Part shown: piece after piece, positions 47,893-61,426 of the stretch
Layout: every line of letters begins with the position of its first letter
Numbering within the stretch: the first letter of the stretch is position 1
Notes under the pieces: model-generated
Databases searched by the model: none
What the model saw: the letters and a program-made list of their open reading frames with translations, nothing else
Told to the model about the DNA's origin: nothing
Translations under genes and position numbers: made by a program
From: Selaginella moellendorffii
Lineage: Eukaryota; Plantae; Lycopodiophyta
Assembly: GCF_000143415.4 (NCBI RefSeq)
Contig: NW_003314282.1
Coordinates: 1,631,374-1,695,373, forward strand
Reading direction: 5' to 3'
Length of the DNA: 64,000 nucleotides

Positions 47893-49173
47893 TCAACAGC
47901 GAGTGAAGATTTTCTCCAAGTGCACAAGGTGGTTCTCAAAGGAGTCAGAGGTCGTGCACAGATCTTCCATATACACCCTCAAAGCACCTCCAATCAAGTC
48001 GTGAAAGGCATGGGTCATAAAGCGCTGAAAAGTAGCTCCGGCATTACATAAGCCAAACGAGAGGACGTTGAAAGCGAAGACGCCCCAAGGTGTCCAGAAG
48101 GCCGTAAGATCTCGATGATCAGGATGAATGAATATCTGGTTGTACCCTAAAAAGCCATCCATGAAAGAGTAGTAACAGTGTCCAGCCATTTCATCCACAA
48201 TCGCATCAATAAATGGAGTTGGAAAGTGATCTTTCGCAGTTGCCTTGCTCAAGTCTTGAAAGTCAACACAGAGGTGGAGTTTTCCATTTGCCTTGCGTGC
48301 AGGGATGATATTGGCCACCCACTCTGAGCTCCCCAAAGGGTAAATAAAGCCGGCTGCCAAAAGTCGCTTGATCTCCAACTTCATCTCTAAGTGAGCTGCC
48401 GGGCTGAAACGCCGCATCTTTTGACAGATTGGTTTGGCTGCCTCTAAAAGCACAATACTGTGCATGATTGTGTCCATGGGAACTCCTAAAAGCTGGCTGT
48501 AGTCCCAAGCAAACACATCCTTGAAACAGTGAAGGAGATCCAAGAGCTTTGTTGCGTTTGTTGGAGCAAGCGATGTGGCGATAAAGAACGGGTCCTTGTC
48601 ATCACCTAGGAAAATGGCATGAACCCTAGAGTCTGGAGAAACCTTTGGCTCATCTATCTTTGATTCCTCCCTAACCCTGGAAACCAAAGAGTAGGGAGTG
48701 CCTTTTGCCTCTCGCATCATGGTGATTGCTTGATATGATAACCTGTCTACCCAAAAGTTTTCTTCATGAGGAACACTTTGAAAAGTCACTTGAGAGAACT
48801 CATCCTTCAAGTTGACTACCCACTGCCATAGCTCTTTTAGGTTCTCTTTGTAGACTTGGTATTCTCCAGTAAGTTGGCGTATGATGAGTTGCGCATCTCC
48901 AACGAAAGTGACTTGCCTAAACTTGAGACATGTGACCAACTTCATGGCATTGATGGCTGCCAAGTACTCTGCTTCATTAGCTAATGTTGCTGGCAAAGTG
49001 ATAGAGAGGTCGGCTACTTTGTTCTCCGCAGAATTAATCATCCAAACTCCAATGCCGGCAACCTGGTTTTTGGGGCAGAAAGCAGCATCAAAATAAGCTG
49101 TAATCATAGGAGTGTCCTCTTCCTTAAATAAAGATGCTAAGAACACCACATCCAGCAAGACCCTTTCTGGCAA
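47893..49173 (-). pseudogene. Additional (archaeal-type) RNase H plus reverse transcriptase of the Tat element
   Basis: YFDAAF...GIGV...NEAEYLAAI...GDAQLIIRQL..EY...VPHEENFWVDRLS precedes DVFAWD...LCVDFQDL...MDGFLGYNQI...FGLCNAGATFQR...YMEDL. Confidence 0.9.
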
Positions 49174-50121
49174 GTCTGGTAAGAATGTTGTTGTTAGATC
49201 TGGAGTCTTTGTTTGTTGTTCTCATTGCTTCTAATGCTTTAAGTGCTCAATGTCCAATGCAAGGACTGTAGCCAAGTACTCTGCAAGTGAAGGAAGATCC
49301 TCCACCGAAGTCCAGTCCAAGTCGGGTGCTGAAGTTTCAGTGTAATACACTTGGATCTGTACCAAGAGCTCCATGGTAGGAAATTTTGAACTCAAAGAGC
49401 TATAACTTGTATGCAGCACGTTCGATTGGCTTGATGCTTTTTGCCAATTGTGTGTCTGGATGTCATCTTCCGTCTCCAAGAAACGGCATGACAAAATACA
49501 CTCGGAGTCGTTAGCTATCACAATTTTAGTAGGAAGACACGGGCTGTGTGACACCTCAAATAGTTGTTGAGGAGAATTGAGTTCAGCTGTGTCCTGTGAA
49601 AGATGAACCTAGTCTGGAGTGACTATGTCATCAAGCTCCATAAGAGAGAGTTGGTCCCATGTAAGAAATGAATAAAAAAGCCCTTCCTCTATCAAGAAAC
49701 ACTCTGGAAAGTTGGATATAGGAGCCCGTACCCTATAAGCCCTGCTATCAAATAAAAAGGGTGTGGCGAGGGGCTTGGCCTTACTCTCAAATAAAGAGAG
49801 TGAAGTTGAGAGATGTCTCAAGCTATCTGACCCACCTCCAACCATGTCAATCACATTGCATGAGAAAGCATTAGTCATATAGATGGTTGATTCCACTGCC
49901 AACTCAAGAAAAACCTTTGTGAGTTCAGAAGGAAAGTATGGTGTGGAAGCCATCTTAGTCCGAGCTTGCTGGGCTTGCTGAGAAAGAGCTCTGCCGTGGT
50001 TGTTGAGAAAGGTGGCGCTATGGGTTCCATCCCTAATTTCCAGCTTGCCTTGTGTGCTATCAATGGTGCAATGGGCTCTGACTTGCCATGAGCGGACAAG
50101 GATGACAAAGTCTTTCAAAGA

Positions 50122-51031
50122 TGTTGCAAATGTCACTTCGGGTATCGAAAGATACTTGTCGGCCAATCCTTACGGACACTCTTTCCTTACTACCACGACG
50201 GCAGGAGGTCAGTACTGCTGGTTTCGTTTATTAGCCCCTCTTGTCTAAGTGTTAGTAAACTGGACTTAGCATCTGTACTTGGCCGGATGACTATAAGGAA
50301 GGAATTCTTAAGTGTCTATTTAGCCAAGCATACTTGGCCCGGCTTGTTAGTTCTCTTTTGCTTTGTCTTGCACTGGCTTGGCAAGAACCCTCGCGTGTTG
50401 AGACTAGTCCCTCAATATCGCTGGATGATAGCTTACCGTGTCTGCCAAACACCCTCGCTATCACGCCCTTTGTGTTAGTCTCATTTCAGTCCCAAATGCT
50501 ATTTATGGAAAGTGTCTAGATTAGCTCATTTGGCATATCTACGGAATGTAGAGATCGGCCCGAACACAATGGTGTTCGTCCCATGTTCAAATTTGCAATC
50601 TAGCGCATTCCATATTTAGTAAGTTTCGAACTTATCCCAGAGACTAACTCCTAGTATTAAGGGTGGCTTGGAGTGAAAGCCCAAAGCGTGTGTTCGTAAG
50701 GGGGGGGGGGGGTTCCAAATATATAATAGGGATAGTGGTTGGAATGCATGTCTGACCACTTGAGACATTAGTTTAGCTCCCGCTGGGCTGTGTCGCTCCT
50801 TGTTTTGCATCCGGCTTGGGTCTTAGCCCAAGCTCCATGCTGCTCTAGTTGGTGGGGTACCTTCCTCCTCGCATTAGGCCACCGGTATGCCAAAATTGTG
50901 CCAAACTCCATCTGAGACCATTTTGCGTGTAGGTGTTGGATACGGGGAGCTGGTGCTCGTGGGATTGTACCAGACCCTTGTTTTGTAGCGCAATGGGCTT
51001 GGAGTTCGGCTCCAAATTCAGGTGCGTTACA
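50122..51031 (+). mobile_element. Solo LTR (family A2) inserted in the Tat protease region
   Basis: TGTTGC...GCGTTACA, 910 bp, flanked by TSD AAAGA (50117-50121 and 51032-51036). Confidence 0.92.
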
Positions 51032-54000
51032 AAAGAGGACGTTCCAAGATGTTGGTAGTCAACCACAAGGAAATCTACCTCAGAAATAACACCTTGCACT
51101 AAGACCTTGACACCACAGCAAATGCCCACTTGAGGAACAGTATGGTTAGTGAAGGTTTTGAGCATGATGGAGGAGCTCTCAGTGATCTATAGCTATGCTG
51201 AAAGGGCAGCCTCGAGAGAGATAATGTTACTTCCCAAACCGGAGTCAACCAAAGCATCCATCTTACAAGAGGAAGTACCAATCTGCATCGGGACAAAGAA
51301 TGGACCAGGATCTCCACAATATCTTATCATGTCAACAATGTGCACCTCTTAAGGAGTCCTTTTGAGAGTGTTCTCTGGTGTTCCTGACCGTGCAAACTCC
51401 TCTAAACGCTGGCCGAATCCTGGGACAAGACACAACATGTCTCGGAGCGAAAAGGTGACAGGAGTGTCAACCAGCTGTTGAAGAACTGGTTCCAGAACAG
51501 GAATAGCTGTTGGTGAGATCTCAGGAGGAGAAGAGAGTAGTTACTTGAAGGGGAGTTTACAAGCCACCCTCTGTGTCACTGGGCCTGATGCCAATGGAGA
51601 TTCGCTCTCAACTGGCGCTAGGGGATCTATGGCAGGCTCAACGGCTACCTTCTTCTTCGCTTGGCCTCGAGTGGCTGCGGTTTGCTGCTGTTGCCTATAG
51701 AGTTCCTCGGCTACCAAAATCGTGTTAACCGATGAGGCTGGTGCCTTGCCTTTGCTTGACGAAGGGGCTGCCTCAATTGCTTATCGTTCCAATTGCTCCT
51801 GATATGTCTCTAGACCCCGAGATAATGTGGAATTATCAGCGAAAGGATGTTGTTGGACACGTTGAGAAGATGGAGGTCGAAGCTCTGGGTGAAGCTTGAA
51901 GCAGTGCTGCGTGTTATATGTGTTTCATCTCGCAGTGAGTGCACCAATGGGACTTAAACCTGCATTCCCAAATTGTAGCAGCCTCTTTCCTGGACTCCAC
52001 CAGCTCTTGGAACAATTTTTCATGGTGTGATTGTTGCTGAAGAATGATCTCCTTCAGCTGCCGCATCTCATTGGCAAAGTTCTCAATAGCCGAAGGTGTA
52101 TGCTCGATAGCGACAAGCTTTGTTGTGGACGAGTGAACAGCCGCACAAGGTGACTTTGATGGGGTGATGGCTTGGTCGAAATCAACTCTAGCAATCCCTA
52201 GGTCGAGAAGAAGTTCTCTTTCCAGCTTCATGGCAAATGAAAATGCCTTCCGGCAAGACCTGAATGTCTTCTTGAGAAGTTTCCTTTGCAAGTTCCCATG
52301 TAGACCTGCTGTGAATGCCATGATCCCTTGTTGCTCATCTTGGAATACTCTGCAATCCCAACATTGCTTCCAGTAAGCTCAAAACCGTGTGATGTAGTCA
52401 GGAACAGACTCGTGAGCACCCTGTCGGAACGAAAAGAGGTCGACAAGTAGCCAATTTGTGGGTTTTTCTTCAACAAAGCGTTCTCTGAAAGAAGCAAGTA
52501 GTGTCTAGAAGTCTGTCTGGTCCTCTGGGAGGAGAGAATCTACCCAAATTGCTGCTTTGCCTTCAAGAGATTGCAAGAAGTTGCGGCACATACGATCATC
52601 GTCAACGATCATATTTGTGGTGCAGTAGTAATCAAAGCAACTGATATGCAATGTTGGAGAGACTGTTTCAACATTTGAGAAGGTCGGTAAATCACTCCAC
52701 TTCTACAGAATATGGAGCTGAGGTCGAGCTAAAGGTGGCTGTGCCATAGCTCGTAGATCTAAGTCACTAGAATCTACCAAGGATGAAGAGGACTCGGCCC
52801 GAGAAGGTGTAATGTCGTACCTAAGCTGCCTTTGGATGTTAGAAAGTTTACTTCGTACCTTAAAGCCTTGAGGTATGGTAAAAGGGTGCTAATTTGTCGC
52901 ACGTCTAGTTTGTACCGGCATCAAATACCTTGAACATTGCAAATGCCCGGTCAAGGCAACTGGGTTGACAGGAGGAAGAAGACTATAGGCTAGTGCTCAA
53001 GGTGCTCAAAGTTGCCCAAAATGCCTGTGATGAAGAGAAGGATCAAAATGGAAGGAGATGTAGGCCTCAAGCACACATAACCATAGACCTGTAGGGTAAC
53101 TGCCGAAGTAGCTGCTGGAGTAGCCGGTAACTGGTAACTAGTAACCAGTAACCGGGGATCTATGACTTGTAACCGGTAACCCCCGCTCTCGCTCCTACTC
53201 TTGCGCCTACTCCAACACCAACTCCTATCCCTGTGCTTGTTCCTACCATCCTTGTTCCTGCTCCTTCTGTTCCTGTTCCTACAGCTACCTATTCCTTGAA
53301 GATTGCTTCGTTCCCAAGGAACCCCCAACAAAGTTTAACCCAAAAGAGAAAAATGAGTCCTCTAGTCTTGATCCTTCTCCATTTTTACTGTTGGTGGGCT
53401 TGTTGGAAAGGGCTCAGCCTCGTCTACCCTCTATCGTAGGAATTTGGGAAGAAGCCGCCTCAATATTCCCTGAAATCCACAAAGAGGTAGCCCAGAAGGC
53501 CAACATTGTGGAAAAACATATACATGTCCATGATGTAGATCGATATTGAGGTGCCGTTGGTACTTCTAGAAAGCCTAGGACCAAGAGCACCTATAGAAAT
53601 AAACGGCATCCAAAACAAAGCCCGGAGGAGCACAAATTCTTGCTACAAAGATTACCCAATTTAGCTGGAGAAGAAAATCCTTTTGCATGCCGTTAATTTG
53701 CCCAAATCTAGTGCCAAGAATCACCACTACTTGAAGATCTAGATCAGATCTACAAACCCAAATGCACTACCTTGGGAAATTGGGCCAAGGATCCAGACGA
53801 GAAAGTGAAAACCCCAAAATGTTAATCTGACCAAGCCAAGAAATGTTGTATCTCTTCAAATATTGCACGGCTTGATGAGATCCATACCTTGTTGGAAAGA
53901 GGAGCTCCAGACCTATCTAACACGCCCAAGATCAAACAAAACCACTGCAAGACAAACAAGAAATTGATTCCTAAAGTCTACGGCCAAAAGAAAAAGAGAG

Positions 54001-55867
54001 AAATGATGCCTCTGAAAGTGCTGTGCGTCATGCCAAGTTCACCATTTGTTGGGGGAAGGAGGGGCACCTTCCCCAACGCTCACTCAAACACGAGAAATGC
54101 TTCAATGCTCTTTGCAAAATGCCCCCCTTGCCCTTTGGGGCAAGGGTTTTATACAAGGAAGATGGGGAATATTCCAAGGACCAAAATATTCTCTCTCTCT
54201 CTCACTCTCTTGGTGGCCACGCCCTAACACCTTTAGCTTCTCTCTCTATATCCCTGCGGGTAGGGGCGTATCACACTTTTGTAAGCTTGATGACACCCAG
54301 AGTAGTAAAGGTGGTTAATTCCATTGGTCATTTCCTTGTCGGCGATGGCCAAAAGGTATTTGAGTTGGTAGCGCATCTAGGTTAAACAAAAAAGTTACCT
54401 TAACTCATTTAAGTTGGTGCATTTCTCATATAGTGTGATCACCGTAACCTTTTTCTAGAGTTATTTCCTTGCCAGTGGTCTAGACTTGAGTATACATTGA
54501 AGAGGATGTTGATCTTCCTTAAGGGAGGGAGAGTGTCGCGAATGTGACTGTAGGTATCAAAAGTTACTTATCAGCTAGTCCTTTCAGATATTCTTTCCTT
54601 ACTGCCACAATAACAGGAGGTTAATATTCCTAGACCTTTTATTAGTCCCTCTTGTTCAAATATTAATAAATTGGACTTTGCATCTATACTTAGCTGGACG
54701 AGTATAAGAAAGGAATACCTAAGTGTCTATTTAGCCAAGCATATTTGGCCCGACTTGTTAGTTTTTTTTTTCTCTGTCTTGCACTAGCTTGACAAGAACC
54801 CTTGCATATTAAAACTAGTTTCTCAATATTGCCAGATGATAGCTTACCATGTCTACCAAACACACTCGCTATCATACCCTTTGTGTTAGTCTCATTCTGG
54901 TCCCAAATGCTATTATGAAAATTATCTAAATTTGCTCATTTGGCATATTTACAGAATGTAGAGATTGTCCTGAACACAATAGTGTTTGTCTTGTGTCCAA
55001 ATTTGCAATCTAGAGATATTCCATATTAGTAAGTTTCAAGCTTGTCCCAAAGACTAACTCCTGGTACTAAGGGCTCCTAATACTAAGGGTGGTTAAGGGT
55101 GAAAGCCCAAAACATGTGTTTCTCAAGGGGGGTGGGACTATGAAGGGTTTCAAATGTATAGTAGGGATAGTGGGTAGGTCGGGTATGGCCGACAAACCTA
55201 AAGTATAGTTTAGCTCCCACTTGCATGTTTGTCCTTGTTTTACATCTAACTTGGGTTTAAGCCCAAATTTCGTTCCATGTTAGCTAGTGGAGTACCCATA
55301 TCCTTGTGTTAGGCCATTGGTATGCTAAAATAGTTTCAGATTCCATCTAGCTCCATTTTGCGTGCTAGCCCTAGCATTAGGATGTTGGATGCTCTAACAC
55401 TATTCCAAGTTGCTATGTGCTCCTATCCCTTCACTTCTTAGGCTGTACGCTCAAGAGTCACTCCATATTTCAATTTTATCGCTTTTTGGCTCCATACTTA
55501 GGAGTTTGGCTCTGTTCCTTCATTCAGTGGCCCAAGGCCCTGAAACTTGAGTACCACTCCACTGTCTTTTGGACACGTGGCATATGACATATGGCATATA
55601 GATGATTTAGGTTTTGCTTCATGGTTATCCTATGGTAAATCACCATAGGATGAAGGGTGAAAACCACGTGCACTACACCAAAGTCCCAGACTGTGGAATG
55701 GAATAGGAATAGTCCTCTTGGGTAGTGACTAAGGATACAATCATATGATAAGGAAGTTTTAAAGGTCTATGGGACTTAGTGCTTGGGCCTTTGGGCTCTA
55801 ACCCAATGGTGGTGTTGGTGAGCACAGCTGCGAACAAAGAGGGACTCGATGGGGACCAAAGAAGGGA

Positions 55868-56553
55868 TATTGAGGAGGGTGTTCTCTATGTCTTTAGGCA
55901 TCTTAAGGATGCCAAGGTGTGGTTAAGGGATGATGACTCATGGATGAATGGCTCAATCTTTGGAAGATAGAATTGTGGTATGGGTAGTATTGGACTGCCA
56001 ATGAGACAAAGATGAATATGCATAACCTTAGTGTAACGAGTTGGTATATCAATGGTACTTTTAGATGTCTGTAATGGGATCAAACACTTGGAACAATTGG
56101 ACTAAATGCAAAAGTAGAGTGGCATAGAGCCCATTCAAGAGGCTAGCAAGTCCTCAAGTCAGGAATAAACTTTGGAGGTTGTGAGTGAGACTTTTTCAAA
56201 TGGTTAAAAGTATTGAGGAGGGTGTTCTCTATGTCTTTAGGCATCTTAAGGATACCAAGGTGTGGTTAAGGGATGATGACTCATGGATGAATGGCTCAAT
56301 CTTTGGAAGATAGAATTGTGGTATGGGTAGTATTGGATTGCCAATGAGACAAAGATGAATATGCATAACCTTAGTGTAACGAGTTGATATATCAATGGTA
56401 CCTTTAGATGTCTGTAATGGGATCAAACACTTGGAACAATTGGACTAAATGCAAAAGTAGAGTGGCATAGAGCCCATTCAAGAGGCTAGCAAGTCCTCAA
56501 GTCAGGAATAAACTTTGGAGGTTGTGAGTGAGACTCTTTCAAATGGTTAAAAG
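55868..56553. repeat. 343-bp tandem duplication (two near-identical copies)
   Basis: TATTGAGGAGGGTGTTCTC starts at 55868 and 56211, and the ORF track shows near-identical ORFs offset by 343. Confidence 0.95.
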
Positions 56554-58599
56554 TATGGTTAAGTGACTAAAGTAAAATGGAAAAATTAGTCGCTTACAAC
56601 TTTATATTAAAGTTGTTCTTTAATCCAACTCTTATTGGTGGTCAAGTATATCACCATTTGATGTTGATATATGATGGTTTCGGAAGTGGGGTGATACTCG
56701 AGGAATTGCATATCTAGAGGGCATAGCTCTCCACTTTAGTTCACATATGAATTTATAGACAATGTGGTGGATAGAAAAGGGCCATTAAGGGAACAACTTT
56801 AGAATTTTAGGAATAATAGAAGGTTCTCCTTAAAGATCAATGGAGATTTGATCCATATAAGCATTTGACTTAGCAAATTGGCTAATATAGTTGTGATAAA
56901 CAACTATAGTTGGGATCACAGGAAGGATAAAAACTCTAAGACAGTAAAAGAGTTATAAGATTATCTTCATATGATTATAAATAGTACTTATGAATTTGGA
57001 CTAAAGTTAATGATTGTGAGAGGTCAAATATGGATAAGGACATAGATCCTTGAAATGGTAATGGGAGCCACTTCTAATACATGCTAGAACAACCCAAGGC
57101 ATTAAGGGTGTACTCAAAGGATGAGTTAATGTTTTCATCATATGGAAGGATAGTTTTAAGAGGCAAAAACAACCCTGTAGAACAAAGGATAATCAAGTGT
57201 TAGAGTAATACTTGCAAATATAGTTTTTATGAATATGATGTGAATACAAGAAGTTATATTTAAGTGTGGTGGGACCTCAAAAGTAGCTAGGAGGCTAAAA
57301 CATTATGAAACATCAAAAGTTGGATAATTTAGTAAAGTCAAAGGATGGTCCTAAAAGCTTAGAGGAAACCTATTTGGATAGAGGTCTATTATACCTTATG
57401 AAGGACTAAGAGGATCATGAGATCCAGGTATGAGAACAGTGAACATTTTGTTAATGGTAGAAAGTGCCATTCTAAAGTTGTAAAAAGATGTTTATGGAAA
57501 AAAATCAATTTTAGCAAAGAGTTATATATGAATATTATAGAGTAGTGCTAACCAATAGTTGGAATAAAAAGCAATTATTATAATCTTGGCAAGACCTAGA
57601 TATAAGTGGAAAGTATTATGAGGGTAGACTTGTGAAGCCGATGGTATAGAAACTCCAAATATCTCAAGGGATTACCCCAATAGAAATGGAGTTAGCATAT
57701 CTTGGATATGGTTGGATTTGTGTGTTTGTACTAAATATTGATGGAAGTGTGGAAGCACACTGGCAATTAGTTGTAGGACATAATAACTATGAGGCAACTA
57801 AATAAAATAATTGGTTGAAATGGTGGGAGCTAACTTTCTAAAACTTCTTGGCTAGATAAGAAAAAGGTTAAATACATCCCTTAAAGGATGTTGTGTGTAT
57901 ATTGCAATATAGTGGGTCAATATCAATAAAAAAAGCTCATTGCCTAGGAAGTTCATCACTGAAATATATAAACACTTTAAAACACCAAAGAGGTTGGTTC
58001 CTTTTAAGCATTTTGGCATCTTAGTTCATGATTTTGATTTTATTCTCTTTGTTTGAGTTTAGGTTTTCTAACAAGTTTATCCTCACTCAATTTCATGCAC
58101 AAAGTCAAGAAATTTCTAGAAAAATATTTTCCTTTTGAGGCATTTTGAGTGCTAGAGCTTGATTTCATTTCTTTTCTCCATTGTTTTTGCATGACAATAT
58201 GTATCCACATCCTACCAAGTGATTCCATAACATCCTTTATATTTTTCCCCTTTTCTTTACTAGATTTTTCTTTTCTTTGTGAGAAATTGGCATTTGTGGG
58301 AGTGACATTAATTTTGGTTAGGGAAATCTATGTTAAGATACTTTTTTATTTGGAGTTATCCCATTTGGATACTCTATTCTCACACAACTTAGAGTTTTTA
58401 GTGTGTTGCATTTTCTATGACTCGGCATCTACTGCACATTGGACATTTTATGCTGGTTCATACTTGTTCCAATTAGAGACAGCAACCAAAAATCTTCCAT
58501 GCAATGCCTAGAGTATGAAGACACTTTTCACACCTATGCAAGCTAAATTATCAAACTGCTCTTTTTAGAGAGGAGGATTTATCGTTCACCATAGATACC

Positions 58600-60400
58600 G
58601 AGTCTACCGGCTCTTCCCACATTCTACAATGAGGCACTAACTTGCTATAATTCTTTGGCAATGGTGACATCTCTACCAAGACAACATCACTCACTTCAAA
58701 CAATATTGCACATCAAACAACATCGTCGAGGATGATCACAAGCTTCGCAACTTCTCATGATCGCTCACTGGCTAAGCACTAGTATGGTCAGAGACGCTCT
58801 TGGAGGTAGACATGGCTGACTACTTCACATTCAAAACATCTTTCCAGGGTCACTTTGATCAGCAGCAACCAACAAATCACTTACTCATGGATTTGTTCAC
58901 TTTTCAGCAAGAAGCACGTGAGTCTGTGCTAGAGTATATGATGTAATTTAGGTCTTAGTAGAAGGAGTGTGTCTAGCACAAGGTCATCACAAATGAACCT
59001 CATGGCATTACTACATTCACCTCTAGCCTCAAGGGAAATCTCGAATGCAAGATGCTTAAGCAAAGGTTTCGGACGTGTCATGAGGCATTCACTGCAGTAG
59101 AGACTCTAGAGCAAGATCTTCTTCAAGATCTCGAGATTTCCAGAGTAGAAGCTTTCCTCCCACCCTCAAATGAGAGCTCGTGTGCTGCCATGGTCCGTTC
59201 TTCTCCAGCCCCACACAGTGATGATAGCGTTCCCTTGGCAATCAAAAAGGTGTTGCCAGAGCTCGCGGGATACAAGGAGCAACAAATGCAAGAGAAATTA
59301 CTTGAGGATTTTAGAGCATATTGCTTACAATAGGTAGAGAGACCGAGATGTCCTCCTTGTTCTTGGTACTACTTGCATTGTGATGTTACAACGCACAACA
59401 TGGAAAGATGTTAGAAGTTTCACCTAGAACATCAACCACCTTTGTTCAGCAACAGCCTCTAGTGGATAATACATCTCTTCCATGGCTAGCAGATAAGATA
59501 CCAGCAACAACTAGAGCAGAAAGTGATCAAAGACACCCCTTCGTCGAGCCATAGGAAGACACCAATGCACATTAGCAGGGTTTACATTGCAAAGGATGGT
59601 CATAGGGAGGCTGCTATGACTAGAGGGCACAAGAAGGTTTCCCCTCCATTCCCAGATATTGATGGTGAGCAGAATCCAGCATCAGTTTCCAAAACTTCAC
59701 CATCTCTCATGGTGTGCAAGTTACTCCATGCTTTAGTATTTGCAGTGCCACCCACATCTTTAGCAACAACTAAGGATCCATGTCCAAGACAACCTCTAGC
59801 CTTTCAGAGTGGGACCTTCCAACCGCCCTCTACTCTCTCTCAGGTACCACAGAAGTTCTTGCTCAAGTTGTTGGCACTCCAATCTGAATCACACTTGGTG
59901 ACCTTTTGTAATGCATACTAGGTTTTACTTCAACTGGAGACTTTTGCCAAGTCCACAAGCATCCCTGTGGAACTTTAGCATGACATGCATATCATCAACA
60001 CTCAGACCATTCATGATCCCAGAGCATTCTTTATGGAGGTCCAAATCAGCAATAAATCCTTGACAACACGAGCATTACTTGATTTTGGATACCAGAGCAA
60101 CATCATATCCCTTGACTTGGCATACTCTAGTGGCTTGGAAGTGTCTAGCAACAAAGCCATCATCCTCAAAACATTTACTAATCACTCAATGGTTCTTGCA
60201 AGCATCTGTTGCAATGTCAAGAGTGTAGGGAGTGGTTTCCATGCTAGGGTTTCTTGTAGTGGACTACCAGCAGCTCAGATCTGGGAAGCTGAAGGACTCC
60301 ATCATCCTAGGATAGCCGTGGCACCTCGCTTAGCAACTTAGGTTAAGGGAGAATCAATGATCACCAATAGTGTCCATATAGCGACTCTTCTCAATACCTA
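58600..60400 (+). pseudogene. Degenerate Tat-like gag plus protease
   Basis: MLKQRFRTCHEAFTAVETLEQDLLQDLEISRV parallels LLKKTFRSCRKAFSFAMKLERELLLDLGIARV (52321-). Knuckle remnant LHCDVTTHNMERC; protease ALLDFGYQSNIISL...ILKTFTNH. Confidence 0.8.
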
Positions 60401-61426
60401 TAGCCATCATCTACTTCCATCTAGCTTGTCTCAAGTGGATGCTTCTTCCATCATTGAAGTTGACTAGACTCTCAAGGTTCTTTTCCCATAACTCATTAAG
60501 GATGACACACTGCCAAAGATCCAAGTTGTTGAGTACAATATGCTTGACTTCTTCAACACGGATTGGATTATATCAACACTTGACTTCTCTACCACCACTA
60601 CACAAGTCTAGAAATTCCTTGGCTTTAGCAAATCTAGAGATTTCACATCAATTCCTTTGCTGCAACACAATGAGGAATCTATCCAAGTGGTGGTTTCTCC
60701 AAGCACTTTTCTAACTCTAGCACCACTTGAGGAGTCACAATGGACCCCTACCAAGGATCCCTCAGCACCAACACAGAGTTTGGGTCCACATTGCATGTGA
60801 GCTTGGATGTTGACAATCACAAGATGAGAGTTTGTGACACACTTGTTGCTGTGGGGATCCAGAAGCAATTCCTACAAATGAAGTTGATGAGTTGGTGGCT
60901 ATTGGGATTGAAAAACCATTATTTGACCACTCTCTTATAAGCAAGGAGCAACATCTAATTGCCTCTAATGAATACCTAGGAGTGGTATCCACCACAGCCA
61001 TGGAGTTTTTGACTTGTTCTTATAGTTTGGAGCTTACATCTAGAGCTTATATCCACCCCCAAGTCTCTTGTTGTATGCTGACTCTACCTTTATAAGGAAT
61101 TCCCCAAGATGTATATACTTTACCATGCAACCTTGGAAGCTTGCCAGCCAACATCCTCACACCTTCTCAAAGGATGATTTTTGATCTTGGACTTCTTCAT
61201 AACCTTCTCTAGAGTCCTTTACATGATCTCAACAGTAAGACTAAGCCTTTTCACGTGGTATATAGTAGTTTTGGAGCTGTCAACAAAACACTAGGGAAAA
61301 ATTGAGATGCTGCTAGAAAATGCCTACCACCTTCGCGTCATGGTCATATCCTAAGTGAGTGGCAAGAGAGTGAAGAAGTTATATTCTCCAAAGTGTTGTT
61401 GATGCTTTGTGACCCAGTTTCTCCTA

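Larger units (their letters stand above)
44771..54229 (-). mobile_element. Tat-clade gypsy element (gag-PR-aRH-RT-RH-INT), degenerate
   Basis: Likely 5' LTR start TGTTAGGGC at 54229. Gag about 51880-52750 with a CCHC remnant; protease LVDSGLGSNII about 51240; RT/aRH ORF 47893-49173; RH 47290-47600; integrase GPFFQWGLDFVG...YYPECNGQTES 46241-47010. Long non-coding 3' region. Confidence 0.88.
27578..55677 (+). mobile_element. Old family-A LARD-like element expanded to 28 kb by nested insertions
   Basis: 5' LTR 27578-28241 (internally deleted) with PBS TTTGGTATCAGAG. Internal pieces at 28242-31316, 38613-39010 and 54230-54533. PPT AAGGGAGGGAGAG and 3' LTR 54534-55677. CCAAA flanks both sides, and both LTRs share a diagnostic local duplication. 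Confidence 0.7.

Noticed and set aside
53490-53510. PBS and 5' LTR boundary of the Tat element
   Set aside because: TGGCCTTCTGGG only weakly resembles a tRNA 3' end, and no 3' LTR is present to confirm the boundary.
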